A stretch of 64,000 nucleotides of DNA, from positions 714,404 to 778,403 of the forward strand of contig QPGO01000001.1 in the NCBI GenBank assembly GCA_008632985.1, written 5' to 3'. The notes beneath the pieces were generated by a model. It had not been told where the DNA came from and made no database searches. It saw nothing but the letters and a program-made list of their open reading frames with translations. Each line of letters begins with the position of its first letter. Position 1 is the stretch's first letter. This DNA is from Psammoneis japonica. Lineage: Eukaryota. Shown here one piece after another: positions 61,926-64,000 of the stretch. Made by a program: the position numbers and the translations under genes.

Positions 61926-63049
61926 TTGGGTTGTGCAGGCCTTGTGTGCAATTGAGGCAGCATGAAGCATCACCAGCTGTCATGTGCTGCCATCCACAAA
62001 TTCTTTTCAGCTTGCAGAAATGCAATGGTTGCTGAGCTGGGTTGTGGGCTGGCATTGGTGGCAGCTGGGGCAGCTGCACCCCCTGCATTTTGAGTGTGCA
62101 AAAAGCAAGCAGCATGTCTTCCTGTTGCTTTTTCATGATCACATTGTGTGCGCGCCATTGACATTTCACAAGGTTTCAGTTTTCATTGCACACATGCATT
62201 GTCCACATGACCCAATGTGACATGACAAGCACTGTCATGGTCAGTGCTGACATGGGGTGCATGATCTCTTTGTGCTGCACAGTTGTTCACAAACGGCTCC
62301 CTTGTTCACAAGATGCACCTGTTTGCCCCAATGGTGTGAGGATCAAAATGGCCATGTGATGCAATCATTTAAATGCCTGAACAATGATGTTTGCACTCAG
62401 TGATTTCAAAATTGCTTGAGCACTGGCACCTCCAAGTCAACTTTGACATGGAAATGGCACCCCCCAGGTGCATTTTTTCTTGTGCTCCATTTCAGCGACA
62501 AATGCCAAGGAACACATCAGAGCAGCCAACACTGAAAAAATTGCAAATGAGTGAGCATCAAACTCAAGCTGACTCCAGCAGAAGCAGCTTGCCACTCATT
62601 GAGCTCAGGCATGATCTGTGCTCAAAGATGTTTGCTGGTCATCACTTGCTTGTGGTGGAGCACGGCATTGCAACCTGCTCAAAAATCGAAAGGAGCAATG
62701 TGGCAGTTGCCATGCTCTCATGTCATGCCACAACACAGCTCTGGCAAAATGGGTGAAATGCCCTGCAGCCACATGCACTGGAACAAAAGAAGCAAAATCA
62801 TGGCATCATGGTGCTGCTGCTTTCAAGAAGTGAGCTTGGGATGCGCACGGCACTGACTCACAGCACGTCGCCAAAATCAAAGCACATCACCCCGAAGTCG
62901 ATTCTGCACATTCTGCTCGGTAAATTATCTAAACGAAAAAAAGAACAAGCCGTGACACAATGCACGCAACGCACGGTCTCAATGAAATGAAAATGAACTG
63001 CAAGAATGCAGTGTGATAGATGCAAAAGGATGAAATGAAAAATAAATTT

Positions 63050-64000
63050 CTACTTGTCGTTTACCGTGAATGCATACGCGGATCCGGACTCGTCGCCATT
63101 GACATCAGCAGCAGCCGCACCAACTCCAACGACGCTTCCATCGGCCGACAAGGACACGGAATGTCCAAAATGATCATCTTCAGCCTTGCCATTCAAAGGA
63201 TCTCCGACTTGCTTCCATTCGTCTGCATTGCTGTCATGCTGAAGGATTCGAACTTGACCCGCTTGATCCAATCCACTGACGTCGTGATCATCACTTCCGA
63301 CCGCCAAGACGTTTCCATTGCCACTCAGCGACACTGACCTACCAAACCAATCGCCAGGCTGTTGTGTCACGAGACTTTGGCCACGTTGATTCCACGTCAA
63401 AGTCAGTCGGTTGTACGAATAAATCAATGCCCCATCGTTGCTTCCAGGTGCACCCACGGCCAAAATCAAACCGCTGTCGTCAAGAGAAACAGAAAATCCA
63501 AACCTGCCATCATCGAATTGGCCATTGATTGGACCACCCAACAGGTCCCATCTTGACGAGGCAGAATTGTGTTCAAAAACCGAAACTTGACCCGCGTTGT
63601 TTCCACCCGAATCATTCCATTGCGCTCCAACGCCAACAATGGTTCCCTGTGCATTCAAGGAAACAGAATATCCAAAATAATCATAGGCAGCTTGGCCAAT
63701 GAGTGTTTGTCCGAGTTGGTTCCAGGATGAAGAGACGCGGTCGTATTGAAACACTCGAACTGATCCAGAATTGGTGCCATTTTCCGTGTCATCCGAGTTG
63801 GCTGCCACTGCAAGAATGTCTCCCGCGTCCGAGAGCGACACGGAAAACCCAAATTGATCACCAGCGTCTCGCCCAACATTGTCGCTCCCGAGTTGGATCC
63901 AACGATCCGATGGAGAGAAATCGTACTCAAATACACGAACGTGACCGGCCCTTTCGCCGCCACTATCATTATATGGAGCTCCAACCGCAAGAATCGTTCC
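63050..64000 (-). CDS. FG-GAP-like beta-propeller copy 5 (3' part; continues beyond window)
   Basis: Frame open from the window edge (GTILAVGAPYNDSGG) to SAYAFTVNDK-TAG; 3' UTR shared with copy 3. Confidence 0.9.
   Translation of the reverse strand, partial: GTILAVGAPYNDSGGERAGHVRVFEYDFSPSDRWIQLGSDNVGRDAGDQFGFSVSLSDAGDILAVAANSDDTENGTNSGSVRVFQYDRVSSSWNQLGQTLIGQAAYDYFGYSVSLNAQGTIVGVGAQWNDSGGNNAGQVSVFEHNSASSRWDLLGGPINGQFDDGRFGFSVSLDDSGLILAVGAPGSNDGALIYSYNRLTLTWNQRGQSLVTQQPGDWFGRSVSLSGNGNVLAVGSDDHDVSGLDQAGQVRILQHDSNADEWKQVGDPLNGKAEDDHFGHSVSLSADGSVVGVGAAAADVNGDESGSAYAFTVNDK

Noticed and set aside
1..62900. Hundreds of overlapping Cys/His/Gln-rich ORFs in all six frames
   Set aside because: Artefact of TpA loss: TAA, TAG and Tyr codons are removed and TG/CA codons inflated. 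Not real Cys-rich genes.
1..62900. Canonical fungal RIP or CpG deamination as the sole explanation
   Set aside because: RIP raises TpA, and CpG decay cannot turn TAT/TAC/TAG into TGT/CAC/CAG.
1..64000. Alternative genetic code (TAA/TAG reassigned or TGA read-through)
   Set aside because: Genes in normal islands use Tyr normally and end at TAG (27391, 47431, 63050) or TGA (7782, 28074). An internal TGA aligns to CGA in a paralogue.
1..64000. tRNA, rRNA or other structured RNA genes
   Set aside because: None recognised by eye; a covariance-model scan would be needed to exclude them.

Overview
Eukaryotic, repeat-rich window, most likely from a diatom. The basis is inference: diatom-style Copia, Gypsy and RNase H-bearing LINE remnants, and diatom-type ankyrin and 'GAF(A/V)VG' membrane proteins. 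It alternates between two sequence states. (i) Islands of ordinary composition carry intact or near-intact genes: an ankyrin-like protein, a G-alpha-like pseudogene, a Methyltransf_22-type methyltransferase, an F-box/LRR-like protein and several paralogues of an FG-GAP-like beta-propeller surface-protein family. (ii) Long blocks of nested, decayed transposons and pseudogenes have lost nearly all TpA, are low in CpG, and are rich in TpG/CpA. Paralogue alignments, an LTR pair, a transposon family of different ages and conserved catalytic motifs all show TpA->TpG/CpA (A:T->G:C) changes on both strands, alongside CpG decay. Examples are Tyr->Cys/His, GTA->GCA and a TAG stop converted to CAG. This looks like a repeat-targeted, DNA-level hypermutation process running opposite to fungal RIP, and is the main candidate for an undescribed system here; no enzyme for it is visible in the window. 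Also present: a DNA-transposon group with GACGCGTT termini and 4-bp TSDs, a complete non-autonomous LTR element with a 42-bp coding minisatellite, and N-terminal module swapping in the propeller family. All composition statements are by eye, not computed.
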